From assembly GCA_903884185.1 (NCBI GenBank), contig CAISDV010000171.1:1729-65728 (forward strand): 64,000 bases of DNA, given 5' to 3'. Under the pieces are notes generated by a model. It was not told the DNA's origin. It did not search any database and was given only the letters and a program-made list of their open reading frames with translations. The position numbers and the translations under genes were made by a program. Below are positions 17,484 to 28,125 of this stretch, piece by piece; positions within the stretch are counted from its first letter, which is position 1, and every line of letters begins with the position of its first letter. This DNA is from an uncultured Chitinophagaceae bacterium. Lineage in GTDB: Bacteria; Bacteroidota; Bacteroidia; Chitinophagales; Chitinophagaceae.

Positions 17484-19529
17484 TCACCAGTTAACCGAAG
17501 CTCCCAGATAAAAATTTGCCGGGGCGGCAGTATTATAAAACCGCCTTCCTGCAGCATTGATATCATTGCCAAGGCTATAGCGCTCATTGAGAAGATTGTC
17601 TACGCCAAAGAATAATTGAAGCGGAGTACTATTCCAGGTTGTTTTTTTCACCACTTTGAACTGCACTAAATGATAGGCATCAGCAAACTCATCATTGGCA
17701 TCCGTGAGTGGTATTTTGGAAACGGCATTATAAGTGATATGGAGATACCATTCTTTGTCCATCGCAGCATCCACTCCCAGCAGGAATATATTTTGCGGTA
17801 CGCCTGTTACCCTGTTACCAGAATAATTACTAGTTCCCTGCTGATACGATGAGAAGAAATAAGGCTGGTAACTATAACTGCTCCATACATTGAGTGTCTT
17901 CACAAATTTAAATGGCTTTACCAGCGCATGGTATTCACCCCAGGCTTCTATTCCTTTTTCAACAGCACCACCGGCATTCACAAAGTATGCCTGGTTCAAT
18001 GAATTATTCCGTTGCACAATAGCATCTTTCAATTCAAGATAATAAGCAGCAAAGTCAAACAACAACCTGTTATGCAAAGTGCCGCCCTTCACCCCTAATT
18101 CATAATTCCATCCATACTCCGGCTGCAGGTCGCCATGAAATAATTTATCTGCAGGGTGTACTTCGGCGATCGTGGGTGGAGAAAACCCTTTTGCCACAAT
18201 TAAATAAAGAGTGAGATGATCATACACTTCGTAAGAGAATGCAAGCCGTGGCGCTACTATATCTTCAGTAGAAGTATGCATATACGGCAGGTTAGAAGCA
18301 TCTGTAAATCTTTTATACCGGTAACTCTGGCTATTTAGGCTCACTCCCGCATTCAGGCTGAATCTTGCAACTGTCCACTGAAATTGTGAAAACATAAACC
18401 ACAATGCAGAATACACATCATCTTTAAATTGCACAGTATCTATATTCCCGTTCCTGTTGCCATAATCATCTATCAAGGAATGATTATTCAACCATTCGCC
18501 ACCTGTTACCCAGTGAATATTTGTTTTGCCCGAGGTCTTATCATAGATGAGCTTGCCCCTCACTCCAACATTTGTTTCATCCCTGTTCTCATAATCTGTG
18601 ATAAAAGGATTTTTAAAACCAGTATGGCTTGAAACGAAAGAGGCTTCTGTGCTAAAATGAGCACTAATGTTATATGAATGAGCCACACCCATAAAAAGTG
18701 TACGGTTATAAATAGCAGCCTGTTGTTGTACCGATCCCGGCAATGCACCTGCGGGTTGCCTTGCCAGTTGCGGGTTCTGGTCCATCTGTGCTTTAGTGAT
18801 ACCACCGGGTGTCTGGTAATACATATCAGTATAAAAAGCAAGAAAATGAAATTCCTGATTTTTCAGTTTAAGCGCTCCATCCCATTTCAGTACATCTTTT
18901 CGCAAAGCAGATTCCTGCCGGTAACCATCAGATTGCAAATGTGTTTGTTGCAAGCTCATGGAAAAATTTTTCTGGTTCCTTTCCCAACCAGCCTGCTCAT
19001 CAATTAATCCGAATGAACCACCAAACAGAGAGGCAGAATATTTATTTTGTTTAGTGTCAGAGTAAGGATGAACAGAACTCAGCAAAACAGCGCCACCTGT
19101 TCCTGCACCATATACACTTGCAGCAGGGCCTTTGATGATCTCAATACCTGTCAACTGGCTCATATCAACCACTTGCAGGTAAGTGTTGCCACCACCGTCT
19201 GTGAGCGGAATATCATTCCAGTAAATTTTTACATTTCTTACTCCAAAGGGAGAACGCAAAGTGCTTCCCCGAATAGATAAACGGTAGCTGCCGGGTGAAC
19301 GCTCTTCCATGCGAACACCGGGAACGGCATTAAAAACCTGCACAAGCGAAGCATCGTTTCCACGCTGCATATTCTTTTGTGTGATAATGGCCACTGCCGC
19401 GGGAACATCTTCCCATTTTTTGTTGGAGTTAAATGCCTGGACTGTTACCTGCTGCAAAGTATCTGTTTGCTGTGCATTGCATACAGTTGCAAATAAGAAC
19501 AGGCTTATTAGGAAAGGGGTCAGCTTCAC
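17484..19529 (-). CDS. TonB-dependent receptor
   Basis: 681 aa; GTG start is the only in-frame start after an upstream stop; signal peptide, plug region VEERSPGSYRLSIRGS, C-terminal beta-barrel ending ...GASVNW. Confidence 0.85.
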   Translation of the reverse strand: MKLTPFLISLFLFATVCNAQQTDTLQQVTVQAFNSNKKWEDVPAAVAIITQKNMQRGNDASLVQVFNAVPGVRMEERSPGSYRLSIRGSTLRSPFGVRNVKIYWNDIPLTDGGGNTYLQVVDMSQLTGIEIIKGPAASVYGAGTGGAVLLSSVHPYSDTKQNKYSASLFGGSFGLIDEQAGWERNQKNFSMSLQQTHLQSDGYRQESALRKDVLKWDGALKLKNQEFHFLAFYTDMYYQTPGGITKAQMDQNPQLARQPAGALPGSVQQQAAIYNRTLFMGVAHSYNISAHFSTEASFVSSHTGFKNPFITDYENRDETNVGVRGKLIYDKTSGKTNIHWVTGGEWLNNHSLIDDYGNRNGNIDTVQFKDDVYSALWFMFSQFQWTVARFSLNAGVSLNSQSYRYKRFTDASNLPYMHTSTEDIVAPRLAFSYEVYDHLTLYLIVAKGFSPPTIAEVHPADKLFHGDLQPEYGWNYELGVKGGTLHNRLLFDFAAYYLELKDAIVQRNNSLNQAYFVNAGGAVEKGIEAWGEYHALVKPFKFVKTLNVWSSYSYQPYFFSSYQQGTSNYSGNRVTGVPQNIFLLGVDAAMDKEWYLHITYNAVSKIPLTDANDEFADAYHLVQFKVVKKTTWNSTPLQLFFGVDNLLNERYSLGNDINAAGRRFYNTAAPANFYLGASVNW

Positions 19530-19591
19530 TACTCAAAATTATACTTATCGGGTCATCTGTGAAATACAAAATCAAGTGCAACTGAAAATAC

Positions 19592-20578
19592 CTATTTCTT
19601 CATATACATCACTTCCTTCACCAGCTTCACTGTTCTTGCAGTATCTGGTATGGCAAGTGCGGCAAGGTTGGGTGCATAATGCATGGGCGCATCTGCACTG
19701 GTGATACGGCGTATAGGAGCATCTAAATAATCGAATCCTTCTTTTTGTATACGGTAAGTGATCTCAGAACTTACAGAAGCAAATGGCCATTGTTCTTCTA
19801 CGATCACCAGGCGGTTGGTCTTCTTCACACTTTCAAGAATGGTCTGCCAGTCGAGCGGGCGGATAGTACGCAGGTCAATCACTTCAGCGCTCACGCCTTC
19901 TTTTTCCAGTTCGCCTGCAGCTGCCAGTGCAACTTTCATCATCTTGTTATAAGATACGATCGTTACATCGGTACCTGGCCTTTTCACATCGGCCTTTCCC
20001 AGTGGGATATAATATTCTTCATCTGGCACATCACTTTTATCACCATAAGTTGTTTCGCCTTCCATAAATATTACAGGATCTTCCTCATACCTGATGGCTT
20101 GTTTCAATAATCCTTTTGCGTCATAACCATTGGAAGGGGAAACCACTTTTAACCCGGGTATATTGGCATAATAACTTTCGAATGCAGTAGAATGTTGTGC
20201 ACCTAACTGTCCGGCACTACCATTTGGCCCACGTAACACAATTGGGCAACCGATCTGCCCGCCACTCATGGCAAGCATTTTCGATGCGGTATTTAAAACC
20301 TGGTCGAGTGCCAGTACGGCAAAATTCCATGTCATGAATTCCACTATCGGGCGAAGGCCGTTCTGGGCAGCACCTACAGCTACTGCGGTAAATCCTAGCT
20401 CAGATATAGGCGTATCTATTATTCTTTTGGCGCCAAATTCGGCCAGCATTCCCTGGCTTACTTTATAGGCACCGTTATATTCGGCTACTTCTTCCCCCAT
20501 CAGGAAAACCCTTTCATCCCTTCTCATTTCTTCTGTCATGGCCTCACGCAAGGCCTCCCTGAAAGCTATTGAACGCAT
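19592..20578 (-). CDS. pdhB: pyruvate/2-oxoacid dehydrogenase E1 component beta subunit
   Basis: Trimmed from TTG at 20590 to ATG at 20578 (MRSIAFREALREAMTEEM...); transketolase-like pyrimidine-binding and C-terminal domains. Confidence 0.9.
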   Translation of the reverse strand: MRSIAFREALREAMTEEMRRDERVFLMGEEVAEYNGAYKVSQGMLAEFGAKRIIDTPISELGFTAVAVGAAQNGLRPIVEFMTWNFAVLALDQVLNTASKMLAMSGGQIGCPIVLRGPNGSAGQLGAQHSTAFESYYANIPGLKVVSPSNGYDAKGLLKQAIRYEEDPVIFMEGETTYGDKSDVPDEEYYIPLGKADVKRPGTDVTIVSYNKMMKVALAAAGELEKEGVSAEVIDLRTIRPLDWQTILESVKKTNRLVIVEEQWPFASVSSEITYRIQKEGFDYLDAPIRRITSADAPMHYAPNLAALAIPDTARTVKLVKEVMYMKK

Positions 20579-20679
20579 AATATGATACAATTAAAATGAG
20601 TTGCAAAAATATACGATTATGAAGTACCAAAGAAAGCGATTTTTAAGAACCCAAATTGCCGGTTATGGCCATATTCCTC

Positions 20680-20716
20680 CAAAAAAATATCCCCCCGGGT
20701 AAGCCGGGGGGATATT
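20680..20716 (-). terminator. rho-independent terminator of TonB-dependent receptor 20737..23637
   Basis: atatccccccgg / ccggggggatat 12-bp stem; on the minus strand followed by TTTTTTTGG. Confidence 0.8.
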
Positions 20717-20736
20717 TTACTTACTAACGGTTATGG

Positions 20737-23637
20737 TTAAAATACGTTATATCCAAAGCTTACATAATATACGCCACCTACCTGGGCATTACCAAATCCA
20801 TTATTATAATAGCTATTGAGCACATTAGAAGCACCCAATTTCAACAATGACCTGATTGCCGGGAACTTGTAACTAACAGCTCCATCAATTGTTCCGAAAG
20901 ACGACATCTGGCCTGCGCCAAAAGTACCTTCATAATAGAAACTGTCCTGGTAACGCCACACCATGCTAAAGCCTACCCTGTTATGATACAGGAAACCGGT
21001 GTTGCTGAAACCAATATTTGCGCGGTATTGCGGTGTGTTGAAATAAGAAGAAAATCCAACAGGAAGTGCACCGATATTATCTGAATAAATATTACCTGTG
21101 AGTGAGAAGTTATTACGCATCAGCCATTCAGCCGATACACCCCATCCCATTGTATTTACAGTTGTTGGGCTATTCACAGAAATACTATATACTGTGGCTG
21201 AAGTAGCCAGGCCCGCAGCGGTACCATTATTAGATTGTACTGCAGTAACACTGCTTAAGAAATTCGTGTATTGGCCCCAATAGAAATACAGATCGATCAG
21301 TAATCTCTTTCCAAATAATCCTTTATAGCCAGCTTCAAAAGAATTAGATGATTCAGGTTTGAAATCACCAAAGGTCTGTGCCTGAAGAACTGAAGAATTA
21401 CCCGATGCCAGGTAAGCCTGGTAGCTTGCCAGAGTATAAGCAGGATTTGATGCAAAGTGATAGTAGTCCCTGAATTGCGGCAGGCCACCGATCAAACGTG
21501 TACCTGAACCCACAGCAAGGTTGATCCATTGGTTCTGTGTAGTAGGAAAACGATAAGCTGTCTGGTAAGAGAAGCGCAGGTTATGATCCTGTGCCAGTTT
21601 CACCACTGCAGAGAACCTGGGTGTGAAGTGCCCGTCAAAATTGCTGTTCTTGTCGTAACGGCCTGATGCAGTCAGTTTCAGGTAATCATCAAAATATCTT
21701 TTGGATACCTGTGCATAAACACCTGTTTCATTGATATTGATCTTACCGGATGTATCTGCAAATAAAGTACCCTGTGAATTCAGTACATATTGTTTCAGGT
21801 TACCTCCTATTAACAGATCGATCTTGCGTTTTCCAAGATCAAGGATATTTGTTAAATCAAGTTGTCCTTCATAATTATAAAGGTTTGTCTGGTCGAGGAA
21901 CAAACCACCACCCTTAGAGATCGGTGTTGTAGCAATTTTCTGGAATAAAGGATTATTATAAAGAGGTCCTGAAGGCCTGCCAGCATCTGCAGTAGCTCTT
22001 GCAGCAACATGTGCAGCAGCAGGAGTTAAGCCGGCAGCCACATACTGTGTAAATGCAGAAGTATAAGTAGGGTACCAGTTAGTGCTCGGGTTCACAGCTT
22101 CATTAAAATACCGTGTAGTAATCGTAGCATCGTATGATTGGCCTGCATCTTCCTGTGTAGTGTATGCACGCAGGTACCAGTCTTTATGCCTCAATTCAAG
22201 TTTATACTGTCCTATTCTCAGGTCTTTCAAAGAATACCTGTCCGTTCCGGTATATACAGAACTACCTGTTCCAAAATAAGCTGAAAACGAAGCAGTCACT
22301 TTATCAGAGAGTTTATAATATAAACCTCCTGTTAATTTAAAGTTGACAGTTGTAGGGTTGATGATATCTTTTTCATCATAACCTGTCCGGCTCACATTCA
22401 CACCGGTATAATAATTACGGATGTTACCATATAAGAAAGTTGAGTAACCACCACTAACCAGTCCGGCTCCGCCAATACCATTTAGAAAAGTATTGTATTG
22501 AGCTATGGTAGCAGTAGGCGTTCCGGTCAGGTAAGCATTTGATGCACCATATATTGCATTAAATGTTGGCGCACCTAATGATGCGGTAAGCCCATTTATA
22601 ACAGAGCCTGCCACACCTGATAAACTGGAAGTAGTTTCATCACCATAAACATTTACGCCATCATAGTTAGGGTCTGTGTTCCTGTCGCCCGAAACCACTT
22701 GCCCAAGAGGTGTTCCTGTTGTTCTGGAATAATCTCTTTTATCATTTGCCAGCCAGTCCTGGGCCTGGATCATTTGTGCATTGATCTTATATGCAAACCT
22801 GTCTGATACTTGTTTTGCCCAACGAATGCTCCAGTCATAATAAGAGGCCAATTGGCGCTGGAAATTATCAACGTGGTTCACACCGCCTTTTATCTGGAAA
22901 CTTAATCCCTGGTATTTAAAAGGGTCTTTACTGTTGATGAGTACAGTTCCGTTCATGCCACCTGAGCCATATAGAGCCGAAGAAGCACCTGGAAGAAGTT
23001 CCATGCTTTCTACATCCAATTCAGTTAACCCAACAATACCACCTACAGAAAAATTGAGGCCCGGAGCCTGGTTATCCATTCCATCTACTAATTGGTTAAG
23101 GCGTGAATTACCATTTACGTTAAAACCACGTGTTCCAACAGATTTAAAAGTAAGACTGGAGGTAACTACATCCACTCCCTTTAAATTTCCAAGCATATCA
23201 TAATATGTTGCTGCTGCTGCATTGCGAATTTGTCCAATACCCAACCTTTCAATAGAAACCGGTGATTCCAGTATTCTTTCAGGCACACGTGATGCAGATA
23301 CTACAATTTCACTTCCGAGTGAATATGCAAAATCCATTTTAACATCTACGGTCAGGTTGCTGCCATTTACCACAGATTCTTTGGTGGCAAAACCAATAGA
23401 TGAAAATACAAGTGTGAATGGGGGCCTCTGAGAGGTTGTAAACTTAAAATTCCCATTATCATCAGTATAAGTACCTGATGTACCGCCTTTAACGGCCACT
23501 GATACAGCCGGGATAGATTCGCCGGTTTTACTGTTTTTAACGCTTCCTGATACAGTAGTCGATTGTTGTGAAAAAGCTGAAAATGAACATAATACAGCTA
23601 TAGCTGCTAATGCCCAGGAACTAAAGGGTCGTCTCAT
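20737..23637 (-). CDS. TonB-dependent receptor with N-terminal carboxypeptidase-regulatory-like domain
   Basis: 966 aa; signal peptide, VSGSVKNSKTGESIPAVSVAVKGGTSGTYTDDNGNFKF CarboxypepD_reg motif, plug, barrel ending in aromatic residue. Confidence 0.85.
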   Translation of the reverse strand: MRRPFSSWALAAIAVLCSFSAFSQQSTTVSGSVKNSKTGESIPAVSVAVKGGTSGTYTDDNGNFKFTTSQRPPFTLVFSSIGFATKESVVNGSNLTVDVKMDFAYSLGSEIVVSASRVPERILESPVSIERLGIGQIRNAAAATYYDMLGNLKGVDVVTSSLTFKSVGTRGFNVNGNSRLNQLVDGMDNQAPGLNFSVGGIVGLTELDVESMELLPGASSALYGSGGMNGTVLINSKDPFKYQGLSFQIKGGVNHVDNFQRQLASYYDWSIRWAKQVSDRFAYKINAQMIQAQDWLANDKRDYSRTTGTPLGQVVSGDRNTDPNYDGVNVYGDETTSSLSGVAGSVINGLTASLGAPTFNAIYGASNAYLTGTPTATIAQYNTFLNGIGGAGLVSGGYSTFLYGNIRNYYTGVNVSRTGYDEKDIINPTTVNFKLTGGLYYKLSDKVTASFSAYFGTGSSVYTGTDRYSLKDLRIGQYKLELRHKDWYLRAYTTQEDAGQSYDATITTRYFNEAVNPSTNWYPTYTSAFTQYVAAGLTPAAAHVAARATADAGRPSGPLYNNPLFQKIATTPISKGGGLFLDQTNLYNYEGQLDLTNILDLGKRKIDLLIGGNLKQYVLNSQGTLFADTSGKININETGVYAQVSKRYFDDYLKLTASGRYDKNSNFDGHFTPRFSAVVKLAQDHNLRFSYQTAYRFPTTQNQWINLAVGSGTRLIGGLPQFRDYYHFASNPAYTLASYQAYLASGNSSVLQAQTFGDFKPESSNSFEAGYKGLFGKRLLIDLYFYWGQYTNFLSSVTAVQSNNGTAAGLATSATVYSISVNSPTTVNTMGWGVSAEWLMRNNFSLTGNIYSDNIGALPVGFSSYFNTPQYRANIGFSNTGFLYHNRVGFSMVWRYQDSFYYEGTFGAGQMSSFGTIDGAVSYKFPAIRSLLKLGASNVLNSYYNNGFGNAQVGGVYYVSFGYNVF

Positions 23638-23783
23638 AATGGCTCTTTTAGGGTTAAATTGTTAGGCAAAATAGCGATTGTTATATTTATCTGAAAATTT
23701 AATTTTAACAGGGGTGCTTAGCCTGTTTATAAAAAAATGCCTTCCTGCACAGATAATTGTTTTACAGGGTGTTACTTTGACCC

Positions 23784-24713
23784 ATGTCAATATTTCAATT
23801 TCCCCGCCAGACACGTTTTTATAGTGGCAAAGTGAGAGATGTTTATTCCATTGGTGAAGAGCTTCTCGTCATGATCGCCAGTAACCGTATCTCTGCATTT
23901 GATGTGATCTTACCACGCCCTATTCCCTTCAAAGGACAAGTACTGAACCAGGTGGCTGCGTATATGTTAGAGGCTACGAGCGATATCTGTCCAAATTGGT
24001 TGTTAAGCACTCCCGCTCCCAATGCTGCCATTGGCAAAAGATGCGAGCCTTTTAAGATTGAAATGGTGGTAAGAGGAAATTTAACCGGCCATGCCTGGAG
24101 AACCTATTCATCAGGCAAAAGAGAATTATGTGGTGCCGCCATGCCGGAAGGAATGAAAGAGAATGATGCTTTCTCCTCACCTATTATTACACCCAGCACC
24201 AAAGCATCTGAAGGGCATGATGAAGATATCAGCAAAGAAGAGATCATTCGCACAGGTTTATGCACTGCGTCCGAATGGGAGATGCTTGAAAAATATGCAC
24301 TGCAATTATTTGCACGCGGAAAAGAGATCGCTGCAAAAAGAGGATTGATACTGGTTGATACAAAATATGAGTTTGGGAAATTGGGCGATGAAATTTATTT
24401 GATGGATGAGATACACACACCCGATTCCTCGCGCTATTTTTATGCTGATGAATTTGCAGAGAGACAAGCTACAGGCGAACGCCAGAAACAATTAAGTAAA
24501 GAGTTTGTACGCGAATGGCTGATCGCAAATGATTTTATGGGCAAGCACGGACAAACCGTTCCAACCATGAGTGATGAATGGGTAGATACCATTTCAAAAA
24601 GATATATTGAATTATACGAACAGGTGACAGGTGAAAAATTTGTTCCGGAAGAATGGAGTGAGGAGAAAACCTATGATGCCGTGATGGGGGCAATAGAAAA
24701 GACCGCTCAATAG
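23784..24713 (+). CDS. purC: phosphoribosylaminoimidazole-succinocarboxamide synthase
   Basis: 309 aa; [37 protein letters not shown] synthetase motifs. Confidence 0.9.
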   Translation: MSIFQFPRQTRFYSGKVRDVYSIGEELLVMIASNRISAFDVILPRPIPFKGQVLNQVAAYMLEATSDICPNWLLSTPAPNAAIGKRCEPFKIEMVVRGNLTGHAWRTYSSGKRELCGAAMPEGMKENDAFSSPIITPSTKASEGHDEDISKEEIIRTGLCTASEWEMLEKYALQLFARGKEIAAKRGLILVDTKYEFGKLGDEIYLMDEIHTPDSSRYFYADEFAERQATGERQKQLSKEFVREWLIANDFMGKHGQTVPTMSDEWVDTISKRYIELYEQVTGEKFVPEEWSEEKTYDAVMGAIEKTAQ

Positions 24714-25552
24714 CTTACAGAGATTGAAATGCCCGGTACATCATAAAAACCTGTAAATGATCTCGGTGGTGTTTCATGAATCCACCTGATCTCTTTATAG
24801 TTTAAATAAGTGTAAATTTTTTCCGCATAAGCATTTCCAATTAAATGCGGGAGGTTTTTATCTCCGTTGGCCAAACCCTTTAGCGGTATCAACTCAAATG
24901 AAACAAAAACACCTCCTTCAGGAAATTCTATATTTTTAGACCTAGTAGAAAAGATATTCTTTCGTTTCAGTTGATGGCTTGGCAGAATATTATCTTCAAA
25001 CAAAAGATCTTCACCAGGTAATTGTGTCACCGGGTTTTTATCAAATAGCCTGATCCTTAGTAAGTAGGTTGCTTTCCGGGGGCTTTCGAGTTTAAATCTT
25101 ATATCATCAATATAGCCCTTAACCTTAGTTTCATTAGGGATATAAACAGCATCTTGAATATCAGGTTCCAAAATTTCCCAAAAATTTTCTTTGCCATCAT
25201 CATGCCCCAATAATATTTTTGCTGTTGTGTTCCTTCTTGATCTAACAGAGACTGCATCCAGGCTTGTATATGCTTCTTTTAATTCTACTTGCAATTGATT
25301 GGTCAGTTCAGTGATCACAATCGTTACAGGCTGGTATCCAAGTGCCGAAACCTTGATAGAATCACCGGTAATTTTCTTTATACGGAACACACCAATCGAG
25401 TCGCTATTGTCGCCTATCCTGGAATGATAATAACCAATAGCCGCGAAGGCTATTGGTTTTTGCTTAGCATCTAAAATTCTACCACTCAAGATTGCCTGAG
25501 CAATTAGAATATTAGGTAAAAAGATTAAGATGAGTATAATAAACAATTTCAT
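24707..25552 (-). CDS. secreted CarboxypepD_reg-like domain protein, paralog A
   Basis: 281 aa; signal peptide + [18 protein letters not shown]... domain; tandem paralog of 25632..26477; its stop overlaps the purC stop by 7 nt (convergent). Confidence 0.7.
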   Translation of the reverse strand: MKLFIILILIFLPNILIAQAILSGRILDAKQKPIAFAAIGYYHSRIGDNSDSIGVFRIKKITGDSIKVSALGYQPVTIVITELTNQLQVELKEAYTSLDAVSVRSRRNTTAKILLGHDDGKENFWEILEPDIQDAVYIPNETKVKGYIDDIRFKLESPRKATYLLRIRLFDKNPVTQLPGEDLLFEDNILPSHQLKRKNIFSTRSKNIEFPEGGVFVSFELIPLKGLANGDKNLPHLIGNAYAEKIYTYLNYKEIRWIHETPPRSFTGFYDVPGISISVSY

Positions 25553-25631
25553 GTTTTAGATTTAAAAAAGGGCTTTCGCCCTATAAAATCAAGTGTTTGG
25601 AATTGTTGGCCCTGTGGCGGGGTGACTTACC

Positions 25632-26477
25632 TTAATAGCTTATAGTGATTGATATATTAGGCACACCATATAAATTAGTCATGGGCGACCTTGGATAATC
25701 AACCACCCATTCAATTTCTTTATAATTCAGATACAAGTAAGGCTTTTCGGCATAAGCATTTCCAACTAAACGTGGAATGGTCTTAAAGTCATTGATAAAG
25801 CCCGTCTGTGGTAACAACTCGAATGATACAAAAACACCTTCTTCGGGATATTCAATGTTTTTTGCCCTTATCGAAAAAATATTATTTCGTTTTAGTTGGC
25901 TACTCGGCACAATATTATCCTCAAATAACAGGTCTTCACCTGGAAGCTGATTTTTGGGGTTTTTATAAAATAGTCCGATCCTTAACAAGTAATTGGTCTT
26001 CCTGGGATTTTCCAACTTGAATCCTATTTCATCAATATAGCCACTGATCTTTTTTTCATTAGGTATATAAATTCCTTTTTGAATATTATCCTCCAAATTG
26101 ACTAAAAAATTTTCCCTGCTATTAAGGTGCCCTAATAAGATAGTACCGGTTGTTTTTCTTCTCGATCTTACAGAGACTGCATCCAGGCTTGTATATGCTT
26201 CTTTTAATTCTACTTGCAATTGATTGGTTATTTCAGTGATCCCAATCGTTACAGGCTGGTATCCAAGCGCCGAAACTTTGATAGAATCACCGGCAATTTT
26301 CTTTATATGGAACACACCAATCGAGTCGCTATTGTCGCCTATCCTGGAATGATAATAACCAATAGCCGCGAAGGCTATTGGTTTTTGTTTTGCATCTACA
26401 ATTCTACCACTCAGCAATGTCTGAGCAATTAGAAAACCTGGAAAAGAAAAGAAAATCAGTGCAATAAATCTTATCAT
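25632..26477 (-). CDS. secreted CarboxypepD_reg-like domain protein, paralog B
   Basis: 281 aa, same length and architecture as paralog A. Confidence 0.7.
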   Translation of the reverse strand: MIRFIALIFFSFPGFLIAQTLLSGRIVDAKQKPIAFAAIGYYHSRIGDNSDSIGVFHIKKIAGDSIKVSALGYQPVTIGITEITNQLQVELKEAYTSLDAVSVRSRRKTTGTILLGHLNSRENFLVNLEDNIQKGIYIPNEKKISGYIDEIGFKLENPRKTNYLLRIGLFYKNPKNQLPGEDLLFEDNIVPSSQLKRNNIFSIRAKNIEYPEEGVFVSFELLPQTGFINDFKTIPRLVGNAYAEKPYLYLNYKEIEWVVDYPRSPMTNLYGVPNISITISY

Positions 26478-26689
26478 AAAATTTTAATATCTACAATAGT
26501 ATCTTTCCATGACTCATAATCCAAGGATTATTTTGCAACAACTTGAACTATTTCAATTTTCTTAAAAATAGTTTTGCATAATGACCTGTTTCTGGCTTGC
26601 AAATAATGCTTTATTATTTTTTTCGTACCTTCGCATTCTCTTACGGGATATTGTTTGCCAGTGAAATGATTTTGTAATCCAAAAAACAA

Positions 26690-26959
26690 ATGATCATGGC
26701 AACGCAAAGTGAAAAACTAAGGAATGCTTGTTTTAAAGCATTCGAAACCTTCAAAAAAATCAGTGACCCTGCAAACGATGAGATCCAATCCAAGCTTGAG
26801 TTTGTGGTAGGCAGCTACGATTTCGATCAAAACCCTGTGGGCTTGTATGAATTCGGCAAAAAGGCGCTGAAGATCCTGAAGAAGATCAAGGAAAAAGAAA
26901 CAAAGAAAGTGACCAAGTTATTGCTGACAGATTTGGAGAAAGCTTTAGTAGTGAAGTAG
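26690..26959 (+). CDS. hypothetical small protein
   Basis: 89 aa ATG ORF with non-repetitive composition; stop is 1 nt from the convergent trhO stop. Confidence 0.5.
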   Translation: MIMATQSEKLRNACFKAFETFKKISDPANDEIQSKLEFVVGSYDFDQNPVGLYEFGKKALKILKKIKEKETKKVTKLLLTDLEKALVVK

Positions 26960-26960
26960 G

Positions 26961-28109
26961 TTACTCTTTCGTCTCTCCCAGTTTAGGGCGCAGCCTTTTC
27001 GACTTACTGAAAATATTCTGTCCTTTATCAATTCCGCTGCGAATGGCTTTCTGTCGTTCCAATGGCATAGCTATGGTGTTTTTGCATTCAATACTGCAAC
27101 AACCATCATATTGTTTTGCACAATCTTCGCATTGAATAAAGAGTAAATGGCAGCCATGATTTTTACAGTTGGTATGAGTGTCGCACGACTTACCGCATTG
27201 GTGGCATTTAGCGATCACATCTTCTGTAATGCGTTCACCCAGCCGTTCATCAAACACAAAATTCTTCCCGATGAATTTGCTTGGAGCTTCGTTCTCTTTT
27301 ATTTCGCGGGCATAATTAATGATGCCCCCCTCGAGATGAAATACATTTTTAAATCCTTTATGCAGCATGTAGGCGCTGGCCTTTTCACAACGGATACCAC
27401 CTGTGCAGTACATGATGATATTGTTGTCCTCTTTGCCCTTCATCATATCCGCAGCCATGGGCAACTGTTCACGAAAAGTATCTGAAGGGATCTCCACTGC
27501 ATTTTCAAAATGTCCCACTTCATATTCATAATGATTGCGCATGTCTATCACCACTGTGCCGGGATCTTTCATCAGTTCATTCATCTTCAGCGCATTCACA
27601 TATTTTCCTTTTTGAAACATATTGAAGGAAGGGTCCCTGATACCATCTGCCACAATTTTATCCCGCACTTTAATTCGTAATACCCAGAAACTCTTACCCT
27701 GCCCGACTGAATCGTTCAGGCGGGCCTGCCCGACTGGATCGTTCAGGCGGGCCTGCCCGACTGGATCGTTCAGGCGGGCCTGCCCGACTGGGTCGTTCAG
27801 GCGGGCACCATCATCCACTGCAATATTCAATCGCAAACCATTCAATGGTTCAATAGAATATAAAAATGTTTTGAATGATTCAAATTGAGAAGCAGGTACA
27901 CTCACCTGTGCATTGATGCCTTCCTTTGCCACATAGATCCTTCCGTATACTTTGAGGGCATTCAAATGCAGGTATAACTGATCACGAAAAGCTTTGGGAT
28001 CCTCTACAGAAAAGTAATGATAGAAACTAAGCGTTACGCGCTGCTCATTTTCTTCCATGAGGCGTTGCTTGAGTTCTAAGTTATTGATGCGGTTGTGTAA
28101 TACTGCCAT
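26961..28109 (-). CDS. trhO: rhodanese-domain tRNA uridine(34) hydroxylase (UPF0176/YceA family) carrying a 36-aa repeat insertion
   Basis: Trimmed to ATG at 28109 ([33 protein letters not shown]); rhodanese active site [11 protein letters not shown], Cys-rich C-terminus; contains ARLNDPVGQ x4. Confidence 0.85.
   Translation of the reverse strand: MAVLHNRINNLELKQRLMEENEQRVTLSFYHYFSVEDPKAFRDQLYLHLNALKVYGRIYVAKEGINAQVSVPASQFESFKTFLYSIEPLNGLRLNIAVDDGARLNDPVGQARLNDPVGQARLNDPVGQARLNDSVGQGKSFWVLRIKVRDKIVADGIRDPSFNMFQKGKYVNALKMNELMKDPGTVVIDMRNHYEYEVGHFENAVEIPSDTFREQLPMAADMMKGKEDNNIIMYCTGGIRCEKASAYMLHKGFKNVFHLEGGIINYAREIKENEAPSKFIGKNFVFDERLGERITEDVIAKCHQCGKSCDTHTNCKNHGCHLLFIQCEDCAKQYDGCCSIECKNTIAMPLERQKAIRSGIDKGQNIFSKSKRLRPKLGETKE
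27699..27806. repeat. 4 x 27-bp tandem repeat (CTGCCCGACTGGATCGTTCAGGCGGGC) in frame within trhO
   Basis: Units 27699-27725, 27726-27752, 27753-27779, 27780-27806 differ only at the two central positions (tgAAtc, tgGAtc, tgGAtc, tgGGtc). Confidence 0.95.
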
Positions 28110-28125
28110 GATCGCTGCAAAAATA

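Noticed and set aside
26957-26963. Convergent stops only 1 nt apart (26959/26961), and a 7-nt overlap of convergent stops at 24707-24713, considered as possible antisense regulation.
   Set aside because: Tight convergent packing is common in compact genomes. There is no structure or extra signal in the sequence to support a specific mechanism.
27699-27806. Regular 27-bp direct repeats could be mistaken for a CRISPR array.
   Set aside because: The units are directly abutting with no spacers, lie inside an intact ORF in frame, and no cas genes or leader are nearby.
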